This document shows, piece after piece, positions 1-10,500 of a stretch of DNA of 64,000 bases. The notes under the pieces were generated by a model. That model was not told the origin of the DNA and did no database searches. It saw only the letters and a list, made by a program, of their open reading frames with translations. This DNA comes from an uncultured Candidatus Saccharibacteria bacterium (GTDB lineage: Bacteria > Patescibacteriota > WWE3 > 2-01-FULL-39-13): the NCBI GenBank assembly GCA_964370865.1, contig CAYJKF010000003.1, forward strand, positions 86,359 to 150,358, in the 5' to 3' direction. Within the stretch, counting starts at the first letter, position 1, and each line of letters starts with the position of its first letter. The position numbers and the translations under genes are program-made.

Positions 1-384
1 CAATTTCAAGGCGTCTATGTAGATAAAAATGTGGATTTAGGACACCTTAAATGGATGTTCACTAAATCACTTAAATTTGTTTTAGGTGAGGAGACTGAAA
101 TTAGATTCAGATCTAAATTTTACCCTGAAGTTGAACCAGGAATGAGCCCAGACATTAAATGTAGGTTTTGTGACGGGGTCGGATGTGAAATATGCAAATA
201 TAGAGGCTGGATAGAAATCGCTGGTGGAGGAATGATACATTCTAAAACTTTAGAAATGGCAGGAATCGATTCCAATATGTATTCAGGTTTTGCTTTTGGG
301 TGGGGCCTTGACCGAATAGTTATGTCTAAATATGGCATACGAGATATGCGATTATTATTTAATGGAAGCATAGTTTATCAATAG
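1..384 (+). CDS. pheS: Phenylalanine--tRNA ligase alpha subunit, C-terminal part; the gene begins upstream of the window and the frame is open from nt 1
   Basis: Class II aaRS motif-3 region ...YSGFAFGWGLDRIVMSKYGIRDMRLLF. Sits directly upstream of pheT in the typical pheST arrangement. Confidence 0.85.
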   Translation, partial: QFQGVYVDKNVDLGHLKWMFTKSLKFVLGEETEIRFRSKFYPEVEPGMSPDIKCRFCDGVGCEICKYRGWIEIAGGGMIHSKTLEMAGIDSNMYSGFAFGWGLDRIVMSKYGIRDMRLLFNGSIVYQ

Positions 385-387
385 AAT

Positions 388-2373
388 ATGAAAGTCCCAC
401 TAAACTGGTTATCAGACTACATAAAATTAAATCACACGCCTGAAGAATTCGGCAAAATAATGACTGACCTTGAGTTTATGCAAGATGGTCCGATTGTTGA
501 GGTAAATGGTCAAAAAGTTATAGAAATAGAAGTTAGGCAAAATAGACCTGATTTACTTTCAATAATTGGCGTCGCAAGAGAATACGCAGCATACATTGAT
601 TCCAATATTACTGAAGCTAAAAAACTCGAAAATAGCGAAATTAAAGTTGAATGGGGCAGTCCAGATCAAAATCTTAAAGTTGACGAGCCAGAAATCGTAA
701 AAAGATTTTGTTCGGTAGAACTTAGTAATGTTAAGATTAAACAGTCACCTAATTGGCTTCGAAATAATCTAGAAGCCTACGGTATTAATACTATTAACAA
801 TGTCGTCGATATAACGAATTACGTAATGCTTGAATATGGAATGCCATTGCATGCTTTTGACTTCAATAAATTGACTAAAAAGGATGGCTCACCATTATTA
901 ACCTTACGACTAGCTACTAATGGGGAAGTATTCAAAACTTGGCAAAATACATCCTTAAAGCTCTCAGAGGACGATTTAGTAATTTCGGATAACGAGAAAC
1001 CAGTAGCCCTAGCCGGAATAATAGGGGGTGCGAACTCAGATATCGACGAACAAACTACACATATAATTCTCGAATCAGCTTGCTACAACCAAGCAGTTAT
1101 TAGAAAGACCTCACAAAAACATGGAATTAGAACAGAAGCATCAAGTAGACATGAAAAATTTCTGAATCCTTCAATGGTAACAGCGGCTATTCTTCGTGCT
1201 TTATACCTATTAACCGACTTGACTGAAGCTAAAATAGTAGCAATCGAAGACCATAATATAAATGAAAATCAAGAAAAAAGAATAATTGAGTTTAATACAA
1301 ATGAAATAACTAGGTTAGGTGGTGTGGAACTCGATATAGATTTAACCATCTCCTTATTAAGAAGATTTGGGTTTCAGGTAATAGACCATATTCAAGAAAT
1401 CGGAATTAGTAAAAGTTCGCTCACGGTTCTTGTACCTAATTGGAGAACTGACATCACAAATAATGCAGATTTAGTTGAGGAAGTATTACGCCTTTGGGGA
1501 TATGAGAACATCGAGGTCAGGCCAATTAGTTCAACTCCACCGGAATTTAAAACTCCTAATTTAATATTACTTGAATCAAAACTTAAAAATATTTTAGTCG
1601 AGCTAGGTTTATATGAGCAACAAACCAGCCCACTAGTGAAAGCCAATCCAAAAAACACTAAGCAAATTAAGATTGAGAATCCGCTAAATGTTGAAAACGA
1701 GGCTCTTAGGACTACTATCTCTGAAACACTATCACCAATAATTGAATATTATAAAAAGTCAGGCAAATCAAAATTCGGATTATTCGAAGCCGGAAAGATT
1801 TTCTATCTTAAAAAAGAGAATGATTTTTACGAAGAAAAAGTAATAGAAGTCTTATACAGCGGTTATACTTTTGAATCTAAAATAAAGCCGGATTTATTAG
1901 CCCTGTTTAACAGAATAGGAGTACGGGAAGCCGATTTAAATTGGAAACTTGACGATAAAAAATTAGAATATTTTATAGAAAAAATCCCAGTGGCAACTTT
2001 AACTAAAAATGGTTTTACAATTTACACAGAAGAACTAGCAAATATAGTTAGCGCTGATGACATCCCCGCATTAAATATTAAAACAGATTATGTTCAAAGA
2101 ATTAGAGAAGACATTTCTTTGGTAATCGATAATAATCAAGCATTAGGAGAAGTTGCAGATGCTATTAAGTCAGCAAGCTCTTATGTAAAAGATGTAGTAG
2201 TGAAAGTTACTTTTAGTGATGATAAGTTAGGCAATGATAAAAAGTCAGTAACACTTGGAATAGATTTTGAAGATATGGAAAATTTACTTACTCGACAAAA
2301 AATAGAAGAAATAAAAAGCAATTTCTTATCGATACTAAAAAAGAATTATAAAATTCCTCTTAAAGATATCTAA
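388..2373 (+). CDS. pheT: Phenylalanine--tRNA ligase beta subunit
   Basis: 661 aa. B3/B4 and B5 domain-like sequence. Starts 4 nt after pheS. Confidence 0.85.
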   Translation: MKVPLNWLSDYIKLNHTPEEFGKIMTDLEFMQDGPIVEVNGQKVIEIEVRQNRPDLLSIIGVAREYAAYIDSNITEAKKLENSEIKVEWGSPDQNLKVDEPEIVKRFCSVELSNVKIKQSPNWLRNNLEAYGINTINNVVDITNYVMLEYGMPLHAFDFNKLTKKDGSPLLTLRLATNGEVFKTWQNTSLKLSEDDLVISDNEKPVALAGIIGGANSDIDEQTTHIILESACYNQAVIRKTSQKHGIRTEASSRHEKFLNPSMVTAAILRALYLLTDLTEAKIVAIEDHNINENQEKRIIEFNTNEITRLGGVELDIDLTISLLRRFGFQVIDHIQEIGISKSSLTVLVPNWRTDITNNADLVEEVLRLWGYENIEVRPISSTPPEFKTPNLILLESKLKNILVELGLYEQQTSPLVKANPKNTKQIKIENPLNVENEALRTTISETLSPIIEYYKKSGKSKFGLFEAGKIFYLKKENDFYEEKVIEVLYSGYTFESKIKPDLLALFNRIGVREADLNWKLDDKKLEYFIEKIPVATLTKNGFTIYTEELANIVSADDIPALNIKTDYVQRIREDISLVIDNNQALGEVADAIKSASSYVKDVVVKVTFSDDKLGNDKKSVTLGIDFEDMENLLTRQKIEEIKSNFLSILKKNYKIPLKDI

Positions 2374-2384
2374 ACATCTTTAAC

Positions 2385-4697
2385 TTAATCATCATCATCG
2401 TCGTCATTACAATCATTCAGGTCAAAACGATCTGGCTTCTCTTCTTTTTCAAAGTCAGGACCCATATTCTTAAATAATTGACCTTCATCATCCTCAAATC
2501 TGTCTTCAACCCATGATATTACAAATGGTTGCCAATCAGTTTTCTCTGCTTTATGTATAATGTAAACTTTATCTTCAATCTCCCCATCATCACAGATTTT
2601 TTCACGTCTAAACATTTCTGATTTTGCTTTTGGCTCAGTCCCTTTTACAAAATACTCAATGCGGCCTTCTTCTTCACCATCATAAGGAACCATTCCAGAA
2701 AGTGTACCAACTCTTACATCAACTATACTTTCCGGTTTAGTAAACTCCTTATTGGGCTTATTTTTTAAGAAGTGAACAATTGATCGATTCCAAATTGGTG
2801 CTGCACCTGTAAGACCTGAAGCAAGTCTGGCATTCATTGCAGTTCCATCGTTATTACCAACCCAGACCCCAATAGCAATATCCTGAGTGTAACCAACCGT
2901 CCAGTTATCCTTTAAATCGTTTGAGGTACCGGTTTTAACAGCAACTTTGTTTTGAGGAATATTTAACTGTGAGTTTGCTCCAAAAGCAGATGACCTTGCT
3001 GAATTATCAGAAAGGATACTAGAAATAATCCATACCAAACCTTCATCTACAACTCTTATTCCTTTTACATCAAAATATCTGTCTAAAACGTCACCCTTAT
3101 AATCCTTAACTTCTAAGATAGGTGAAAGTTCTTTATACACTCCACCAGCTCCAAGCGATGCAAAACCATTTGTGAGATCGAGTAATGTAACCTCACCACC
3201 ACCAAGACTTAGTGCTAATCCATGTTTAGATGGATCGTATTTTAAGGCTTTAATTCCTAGGTTATTTGCTAAATCGACCATAGTTTGTATTCCTACCAAG
3301 TCCAGCATTTTAACCGCCGTTACATTAACGGAGTTAGCCAAGGCGTACCTTATTTGAATAGGCCCCCTAAATCCCCAACCACCATAGTTTTTGGGATCAT
3401 ATGGTTCTAGTCCAACACCACGGTCAAACTCTGTGTAGACATCATACATCAGAGTAGAAGCGGTATATCCTTTCATTAATCCTGCCAAATAGATAAAAGG
3501 TTTTAACGTCGATCCAGGCTGTCTGTGTCCATCTACTACTATATTGAATTGACCTGTACTATTATCAGCAAAGTAATCACGAGACCCAACCATCGCAAGT
3601 ATCTGTCTGGTCTGTGGATCTATAGCAACTAAGCCGGCATTTCCTACTCCAAGAGTTGAAGCTTTTTCAACTTCTTCTCGCAAAATTTGTTCATATGTTT
3701 CCTGCAACGTAAGATCCAAGCTAGTTGTTACATTTAATCCACTATTTAAATATTCTTCTCCATATCTCTCTCGTAATAAATCAAGAACATACATTACAAA
3801 ATGTGGCGCTTTTAGAGTACCTTTAATTTCGGCATAATTGAGTTCTTCTTCAACGGCTGCATTATAATCCTCTTCTGAGAGATACTGTCTATTTCCATCT
3901 CGGTCAACCCACCCTCGATCTTTCATTAGATATAGAACATATTTCTGCCGATTCTTAGCGGCTTCCGGATCTCGAAAAGGAGAGTAATAGGTTGGCCTTT
4001 GTGGCAATCCTGCAATTAATGCCGACTCAGATAAAGTTAAATCTTTGGCTGACTTATTAAATAGAGACTTAGCAGATGCCTCTACACCCCAGGTGGTACC
4101 TCCATATGGAACTTCATTTAAATACATCTGTAATATGTCATCTTTAGAATACTTGCGCTCGATTTGTAGCGCCAACACAACATCCTTAATTTTTCTTGGT
4201 AGCGTTCTATCTTGGGTTAATAAGGCGTTTTTGGCAACCTGTTGAGTAATTGTTGAACCCCCTTGTTTACTTGATGTAAAAATTGTCACGTATATACTTC
4301 TTGCAATTCCGAATGGATCAATTCCCTCATGTAAGTAAAATTCAGCATCTTCAGCCGCTAACGTCGCAGATATAAGATGAGGAGAAACATTATCTAGAGT
4401 TATTAGAGTTCGATTTTTATCATTAAATACTGAATATAAAAGCGCTCCATTTCTATCAAAAATCTTCGTAGCCTGTTCGATTGGTCTATTGGTAAGTTTA
4501 GAAGGAGAGGGGAGAGTACTAGAAAAAGCAGTAAAGACAAAAATTATCGCTAAAGCACTAAAAAGACTTCCGATAAATCCAATGCCGGAAAATACAGCTA
4601 ACCAATATAAGACCCTAGTCTGTCGGTCCTTTTTAGCTCTGGGAACTGAAATATTATTGTGGTTACCAAGCGTAACTCTATTGATTACTTTGTGCAT
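2385..4697 (-). CDS. Class A penicillin-binding protein (PBP1A-type, transglycosylase plus transpeptidase) with C-terminal poly-Asp tail
   Basis: N-terminal TM anchor. GT51 motif AEDAEFYLHEGID. Transpeptidase STLKPF (SxxK). Ends ...NDCNDDDDDD. Confidence 0.85.
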   Translation of the reverse strand: MHKVINRVTLGNHNNISVPRAKKDRQTRVLYWLAVFSGIGFIGSLFSALAIIFVFTAFSSTLPSPSKLTNRPIEQATKIFDRNGALLYSVFNDKNRTLITLDNVSPHLISATLAAEDAEFYLHEGIDPFGIARSIYVTIFTSSKQGGSTITQQVAKNALLTQDRTLPRKIKDVVLALQIERKYSKDDILQMYLNEVPYGGTTWGVEASAKSLFNKSAKDLTLSESALIAGLPQRPTYYSPFRDPEAAKNRQKYVLYLMKDRGWVDRDGNRQYLSEEDYNAAVEEELNYAEIKGTLKAPHFVMYVLDLLRERYGEEYLNSGLNVTTSLDLTLQETYEQILREEVEKASTLGVGNAGLVAIDPQTRQILAMVGSRDYFADNSTGQFNIVVDGHRQPGSTLKPFIYLAGLMKGYTASTLMYDVYTEFDRGVGLEPYDPKNYGGWGFRGPIQIRYALANSVNVTAVKMLDLVGIQTMVDLANNLGIKALKYDPSKHGLALSLGGGEVTLLDLTNGFASLGAGGVYKELSPILEVKDYKGDVLDRYFDVKGIRVVDEGLVWIISSILSDNSARSSAFGANSQLNIPQNKVAVKTGTSNDLKDNWTVGYTQDIAIGVWVGNNDGTAMNARLASGLTGAAPIWNRSIVHFLKNKPNKEFTKPESIVDVRVGTLSGMVPYDGEEEGRIEYFVKGTEPKAKSEMFRREKICDDGEIEDKVYIIHKAEKTDWQPFVISWVEDRFEDDEGQLFKNMGPDFEKEEKPDRFDLNDCNDDDDDD

Positions 4698-4788
4698 TTC
4701 TTCACAATTTTACCATACTAATTGCCCCCTTTCTTATGCTACAATAATCGGGTAAAAGGCTTAATGGGCGCGGAAATTATCCACATAT

Positions 4789-4874
4789 CCAGGGGTGGCG
4801 GAGCGGCCAATCGCACCTGACTGTAAATCAGGCGGGTTTACCCTGCGTAAGTTCGAATCTTACCCCCTGGACCA
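4789..4874 (+). tRNA. tRNA-Tyr (anticodon GTA), long variable arm, CCA encoded
   Basis: Acceptor CCAGGGG/CCCCTGG. D-stem GCGG/TCGC. Anticodon stem CCTGA/TCAGG with loop CTGTAAA. Variable-arm hairpin CGGGTTTACCC. T-arm GTAAG-TTCGAAT-CTTAC. Confidence 0.85.
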
Positions 4875-4884
4875 AGTATTGCCA

Positions 4885-4913
4885 TATTTACGTACCTCCT
4901 TTTCTGTTATAAT
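4885..4913 (+). promoter_or_regulatory. Putative sigma70-like promoter (-10 TATAAT at 4908-4913, weak -35 around 4885-4893) giving a leaderless transcript for the LCP gene
   Basis: TATAAT ends 9 nt before the ATG at 4923. No SD. Confidence 0.4.
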
Positions 4914-4922
4914 TTTTTTGTT

Positions 4923-6020
4923 ATGCCACTGCCATCAAAAAATCTGCCTGGAATTTCCAAAGTTAAATTATTAATAATAATATTTGTAGTCGCACTACTT
5001 TCTAGTGGTGGCTATTTGGGGTATCTGTATTTAAAAGGTGATTCAGTCGTAGTTGCTAACGATAGTACTGACCAAAGCGAAAATGCAGAAAATCCCCCTA
5101 TTGAAGATATTAATACCGAGAGAGATTTAGGCATAATCAATGATGAAAACTCTTTAACTTCTGGAACTGTTGAGAAAACCGCACTTCAAAAACTAAAGGA
5201 AGCCGTTAGTCCAAGTGATAAAACCAGACCATTTAATATTTTAATATTAGGAATTGATCGACGTCATGGAAATCAAACTAGTTGGAGAACCGATGTAATT
5301 CAACTTGTAACTCTGTCTTCTGATAGAAAAAAAGCAGTGGTTACGCATATTCCAAGAGATGTTTGGGTTGAAAATTATAAAATTAACGCCGTATACAACC
5401 TCCAAGGTCCCGACGCGATTAAAGACACCATAACAATGATAACTGGACAGAGACCTGACCGAATTATAAGAATCGACTTTGACGCTTTTGTATATGCAGT
5501 CGATATGGTTGGTGGAGTAAATATAGATAATCCAAATCAATTCACAGATACTGGCTATCCGGATGATAGAAATGGTAGCGACCAAGCTATCGAAATTAGT
5601 TTTCCAAAAGGTGAACAAGAGTTAAGTGGGGAGAAAGCTTTACAATATGTTAGATCAAGAAAAGGTACCAATGGAGAAGGTAGTGATTACGCTAGAGGTA
5701 GACGACAACAAGTCGTGATGAAAGCGATTCTTGCAGACTTTTTTACACCTAATAGTATAAATCCTAAAACAGCAGAAACTTTGTATCGCATTGCTACGGA
5801 AAAGATCTATACAGATTTAAATCTTGCCGATACTCAAATTCTATTTGAACTTCTTAAGAATTATAAAGATATTCAGATTAATACCCTAAGTTTGGATACA
5901 ACCAATTACTTAGAAGTTCCTGCTGACAGCAGTCCTTACGGAGGACAATGGGTATTAAGAGGAAAAGGAGATAGCTATGTTGATATCCAAAAGAAGATTA
6001 CTGAATTAATACTTCCTTAA
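4923..6020 (+). CDS. LytR-CpsA-Psr (LCP) family cell-envelope phosphotransferase
   Basis: N-terminal TM. LCP core FNILILGIDRR...RTDVIQLVTL...AVVTHIPRD. Confidence 0.8.
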   Translation: MPLPSKNLPGISKVKLLIIIFVVALLSSGGYLGYLYLKGDSVVVANDSTDQSENAENPPIEDINTERDLGIINDENSLTSGTVEKTALQKLKEAVSPSDKTRPFNILILGIDRRHGNQTSWRTDVIQLVTLSSDRKKAVVTHIPRDVWVENYKINAVYNLQGPDAIKDTITMITGQRPDRIIRIDFDAFVYAVDMVGGVNIDNPNQFTDTGYPDDRNGSDQAIEISFPKGEQELSGEKALQYVRSRKGTNGEGSDYARGRRQQVVMKAILADFFTPNSINPKTAETLYRIATEKIYTDLNLADTQILFELLKNYKDIQINTLSLDTTNYLEVPADSSPYGGQWVLRGKGDSYVDIQKKITELILP

Positions 6021-6029
6021 TTAGCTTGA

Positions 6030-6512
6030 TTATCTAAAGTTAACTGTAATTTCCACAGCATCGCCATTCTCTAGTAGTCCGGAAGAATAAGATTTCTGTA
6101 AGATTAATGAACCGGAATCTCCATATTCTGGAACGGTAAAAGTTAATTCAGCTGTAAACGGAACAAATTCTTCAGTCATCCATTCGCCATCAGCTTGTGC
6201 AATACCTTCGGCAATAATTAAGCCATCCCAATCTGTAAGTACAACTGGAAATGAACCCTCAAAAAACCATCCGCCGCGAGCGCTACCGGTTACTAACAAA
6301 GGAGAGGTAACGATTTCTCCAGCAGTTGGATAATTTAAAACGACCATATCATTTAAGACATTTTCTTCAACAGGCATTTCGGATTCATCAAATACTACTT
6401 CATCATTCTCAGGCAATGGGGTAACGGCATTCTGAGTTTTATTCATTAAAAACCAGATTGATAATATTAAGAGTCCAATAAAAAAGAGTATTTTGATGTT
6501 GGTGTTATTCAT
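6030..6512 (-). CDS. Membrane-anchored Gmad2-like immunoglobulin-like domain protein
   Basis: N-terminal TM. GSARGGWFFEGSFPVVLTDWDG...FTAELTF resembles the Gmad2/GerM-associated Ig-like domain. Confidence 0.45.
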   Translation of the reverse strand: MNNTNIKILFFIGLLILSIWFLMNKTQNAVTPLPENDEVVFDESEMPVEENVLNDMVVLNYPTAGEIVTSPLLVTGSARGGWFFEGSFPVVLTDWDGLIIAEGIAQADGEWMTEEFVPFTAELTFTVPEYGDSGSLILQKSYSSGLLENGDAVEITVNFR

Positions 6513-6578
6513 ATAAATTTAGTGTACAGATTAAGCGAAGGATAGGCAAATGTATTCTAAAAATTCAAAAATTTTCAA

Positions 6579-6935
6579 CTAGTTACAACAACCTTTGCAC
6601 TCTCCATTATCACAATAAACTTTTTCCGACGGACACAAAATCATACTCCCACGCCTCCCACTATTTTTAGCGCAATGCTGCGTAGTATTTTCGTAATTAC
6701 AATCTAAATCAGAGGTACAAGAAATTGTCGATGGCTGCTTAAATGGCACATCGGCACCTTCGTAAAAACACATGGGATATGAATACCCACATGTATAACC
6801 TGCCATTTCTAAAACTGCCACTGGTACATTATCTAGTTGAGTCTCAGTCGGGGCAAACGGAGCAATAATTAAGAAAATAAGGAAAAGTATTCCTATAACC
6901 GCGCTTACAATTAACAAGATATATGCTTTCCTCAC
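6579..6935 (-). CDS. Small membrane-anchored cysteine-rich protein (11 Cys in about 70 aa), function unknown
   Basis: N-terminal TM helix followed by Cys-rich ectodomain ...CDNGECKGCCN. Confidence 0.5.
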   Translation of the reverse strand: MRKAYILLIVSAVIGILFLIFLIIAPFAPTETQLDNVPVAVLEMAGYTCGYSYPMCFYEGADVPFKQPSTISCTSDLDCNYENTTQHCAKNSGRRGSMILCPSEKVYCDNGECKGCCN

Positions 6936-6970
6936 AGTTTAAGTGTAACACTCAAATCAGTGCTACAATG

Positions 6971-7450
6971 TTACTCTCTTGAAAGGTATTCCGGGACAAT
7001 TTTTAAATCCAGATATTTTCTTTGAGTAGGTTTTGGTAAATACTTAAAGTCTTGAATAACTTTACGACAATTTATTGCTCCACAATTACAATTCATTACC
7101 CAATTATCTTCGTCCATTGTAGTTGAATAATCCCAAGTAATTTCTTCTCCTGCATATATTTTTCTAATAGAAATTAGGCTAACTTTATTGGCACTTATTC
7201 GTAATCCTGAATTTGGATCACATGAATGATTTATATAATCATCCAAATCGCCTGAAGGACCCATATACAGCTCTTTTCCAACCTGTACATAATGATCAAT
7301 TACGTTGTTATAAGGGGAAGGTAATTCTTTATAATTATATATTTTTCCATGAAACTCTATAATGACTTGTCCTTTGCCAATCATATTATTCGAGAAGACT
7401 CCTTTCCCATTATTAGTTTTCCCAATACTTAGCGAGAATCTGTTTTGCAC
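6971..7450 (-). CDS. SET-domain protein lysine methyltransferase (minimal, 159 aa)
   Basis: GKGVF...KGQVI N-region. NHSCDPN core. GEEITWDY (ELxF/WDY). Post-SET CNCGAINC. Confidence 0.8.
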   Translation of the reverse strand: MQNRFSLSIGKTNNGKGVFSNNMIGKGQVIIEFHGKIYNYKELPSPYNNVIDHYVQVGKELYMGPSGDLDDYINHSCDPNSGLRISANKVSLISIRKIYAGEEITWDYSTTMDEDNWVMNCNCGAINCRKVIQDFKYLPKPTQRKYLDLKIVPEYLSRE

Positions 7451-7539
7451 ACGATTATTATAGCTAAGAAAATTATTAGCAGGTCCATGTAAAAAATATG
7501 TGTTGACATTGTTCTCTTATGATGTTGAGATATATGTAA

Positions 7540-10500
7540 GTGAAGAAGAATATTGTCAGGCTATTATCATTTGTTGGGTTTTTATTTATTTGTGCCAATA
7601 GCGCTGTCGCTGCTTCGACTCCAACTGTTACAAATTTCACACCACTTTCAACTTCAGTTGGAACCTTTCAAAAATTCGAAGCAAATTTTACTATTTCGCA
7701 AACATTTCCAACTGATTCACTTCTACCATATTATTTTTATGACCCTGCCGATAATTCTGCTACAGACCCAGGAAGAAATTCACCATATGGCATAGATGGA
7801 ATTTCAGTTGATGTACATTTTACTGCTCCTTCAGGAAAAACATTAGTAGTCCCTGCATTTTATTATCAAGACTATTCAAGAACAGGTTCTTATAGTTCAG
7901 GCATAACTTTAACTCCAACAAATAATTTTAACTGGAAAGTAAGATTTGCACCAAGCGAAGTAGGATTTTACGACTATTATGTAACTATTACTGATAAAAA
8001 TGGAACCACAAGATATCCAACAGCAAACAGTATGCAATTGACCGCAACTTCATCATCCTCAAAAGGATTTATTAAAGTTTCGGCACAAGACAAACGGTTT
8101 TTAGAGTTTACTAACGGTGACGCGTTTATCCCAGTCTCTAGTGGAAAACAGTGGTGGTCATGTTGCGGAAAAAGAAGTTTCGATTTCGAGAAAACCTTTA
8201 CTGATTTCGGTTTAAACGGTGTTAACTTTACAAGAATTTGGGATCAAAATGATGGATATGGTTTGACTGTTGAAGGAAAATATGATGGATACAAATATCC
8301 GGATGATTACCCTCCAATTGATACAGGTGTAAATATTGATGCAATACAAAAGGGAACTCAATTTAACCAAAGAGGAAACTATGAAGAAGATAAAATAATT
8401 GAGTCAGCAGAAAAGAATGGCGTTTATATACAACTTACATCTCACGGAGATCCATATTGGATTTGGGACGGTTCTACATATGATGAATCATGGAATAAAA
8501 CACCACAAATTTTTGGAAGCCAAAGACATTTAAGTTATTGGAAAAGAAACTTTAGATATAGAGTCGCACGTTGGGGATATTCTACAAGTGTTTTCGGGTG
8601 GGAAGCGTGGAATGAACACGGACACATTACTCCAGGAATGGATATCTATAATTTTTATTCCAAATATAGTAGTTATCAATTGCAAACAGATCCTTATAAA
8701 CATCTGAGAACCACCTCACAAGGATCACAGGCATTCAGTCCTGCATTCTGGTCGTCAGGATTTTTCGATGTAGCAAATTATCATAACTACATGATGGGTT
8801 GGTTTTCATCCGATTTAAAAAACGATGAGGCAAATTTTGTTTATAGGCAGGCTTGGTGTTTACGAGACATCACAAAACTTACTTCGGGAAGTTCTTACTG
8901 CAATGATCTAGGTTTGGGTGATGGAACAAAATGGTCTACAACCTTTGGTAACATGCCTTGGGTTTGGGGCGAAATTGACGTCGGTACAAATACTTGGAAT
9001 GAACCTAATCCACTTACAAAAACAGGTGAAGGAAGAGTTAGAATGTTGCACAATTTAGCTTGGTCCGGACTTTTCTCTCCTCTTGGTACGACACCAATAG
9101 ATTGGTATTGGGAAGGTGAAGATGTAAGTACAATTGCCAATAAACTTACTCAGAAAAAAGCGGTGTCTTCGTTTTTTAAAGATATTAAATATGATGATAA
9201 CCAAATGGTGTATACGATGAGTACTTCAGATACACCTCCAGGGTATATAGGCGAAACGGTTGACGTTACGAATTCTGCAATTCGGGTTTACGCGATGAAG
9301 AGTGCAAATAAACAATATGTTTATGGATGGATACAAAACAAAAATAATACTTGGGCCAACTCTGCTTCTACCACTTCTCCAATAAATGGAAAAGCTACTT
9401 TTAAAGGTTTGGGAACAAGCTCCTATAAGGTCGAAATATGGAATACGTATACTGGTCAAATAACTTCAAGCACAGTTATGACTCCTGTTAATGGATTGTT
9501 GGATATTAATGTCTCAAATCTTACGAATGATTTTGCTGTGAAAATGATCTCGACAAATATTACACCAACTCCTACACCTACTCCAACGCCAATTCCATCA
9601 CCAACCCCAACTCCCGTTACAAGTCCTACGCCTACACCGACACCTGCTATAACTGCAACTCCAACACCTACTGTTACTCCAAGTGCAATTGGGGATGGCG
9701 ATGTTAATGGTGACAGCACTGTAAGTACTATTGATATTACGACTCTTTTAAATAATTGGAATTCAACGATTTCAAGTAGTACTGACCAGTATCGAGATGG
9801 TAAAGTTAATGGCTTAGATTTTGCTGTTGTCGCATCTGCTTTAACAGCAGTTACACCTACACCGAGTCCTACACCAACAATTACACCAACGCCAACTCCT
9901 GTCGTTACACCAACGCCTACACCAGTTCCAACACCGACCCCGATACCTGAAGCCACTTCGGGTAGCTGGAACCAATTTGGAGGTAATGCTCAAAGAACAA
10001 ATTTTACATCTCAAACAGTTCAAACACCATGGAGGTTTAAGTGGCAATGGAATGGTTCTGATGCAAATGGTCAACCTCAATCGAATCATTTATCAGTACA
10101 AGATTTGGTACAACCCGTATCAGGAGGATCAAGAGTTTATATCGTAGCAAATAACACAGTCTATGCACTTGATAAAAATAGTACTAATAAAGTAAATGGA
10201 ACTGTCTTGTGGTCAAAGAGTGGTCTCGGCAATTTAAATTCTACTGTCGCTTATGCAAACGAATTCGTATATGTCACTTCATCAAATGGATTACAGAAAC
10301 TAGATGCATCTAATGGCTCGGTTGCGGGCACTTATAATGCAAATAGTGATTTGAAATTTGCGCCACTAATTAATGGTAACAATGTGGTTGTAGCAGCTGA
10401 TAATGGACATTTAATTGCTATTGATAAGAATTCATTAAGTAAAGTGTGGGAGTATGCTCCTACATCTTCTAGTACATCGGCAACAACAGCATCATACTCG

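Noticed and set aside
120-371. 83-aa minus-strand ORF
   Set aside because: It lies entirely antisense within the conserved PheS C-terminal coding region.
9456-9956. 166-aa minus-strand ORF rich in GVGVGVG
   Set aside because: It is the antisense reading of the Pro-Thr linker codons of the 7540-12030 gene. The pure low-complexity translation is a frame artefact. The same applies to the 45706-46044 and 51103-51345 minus-strand ORFs and the 26934-27203 + ORF.
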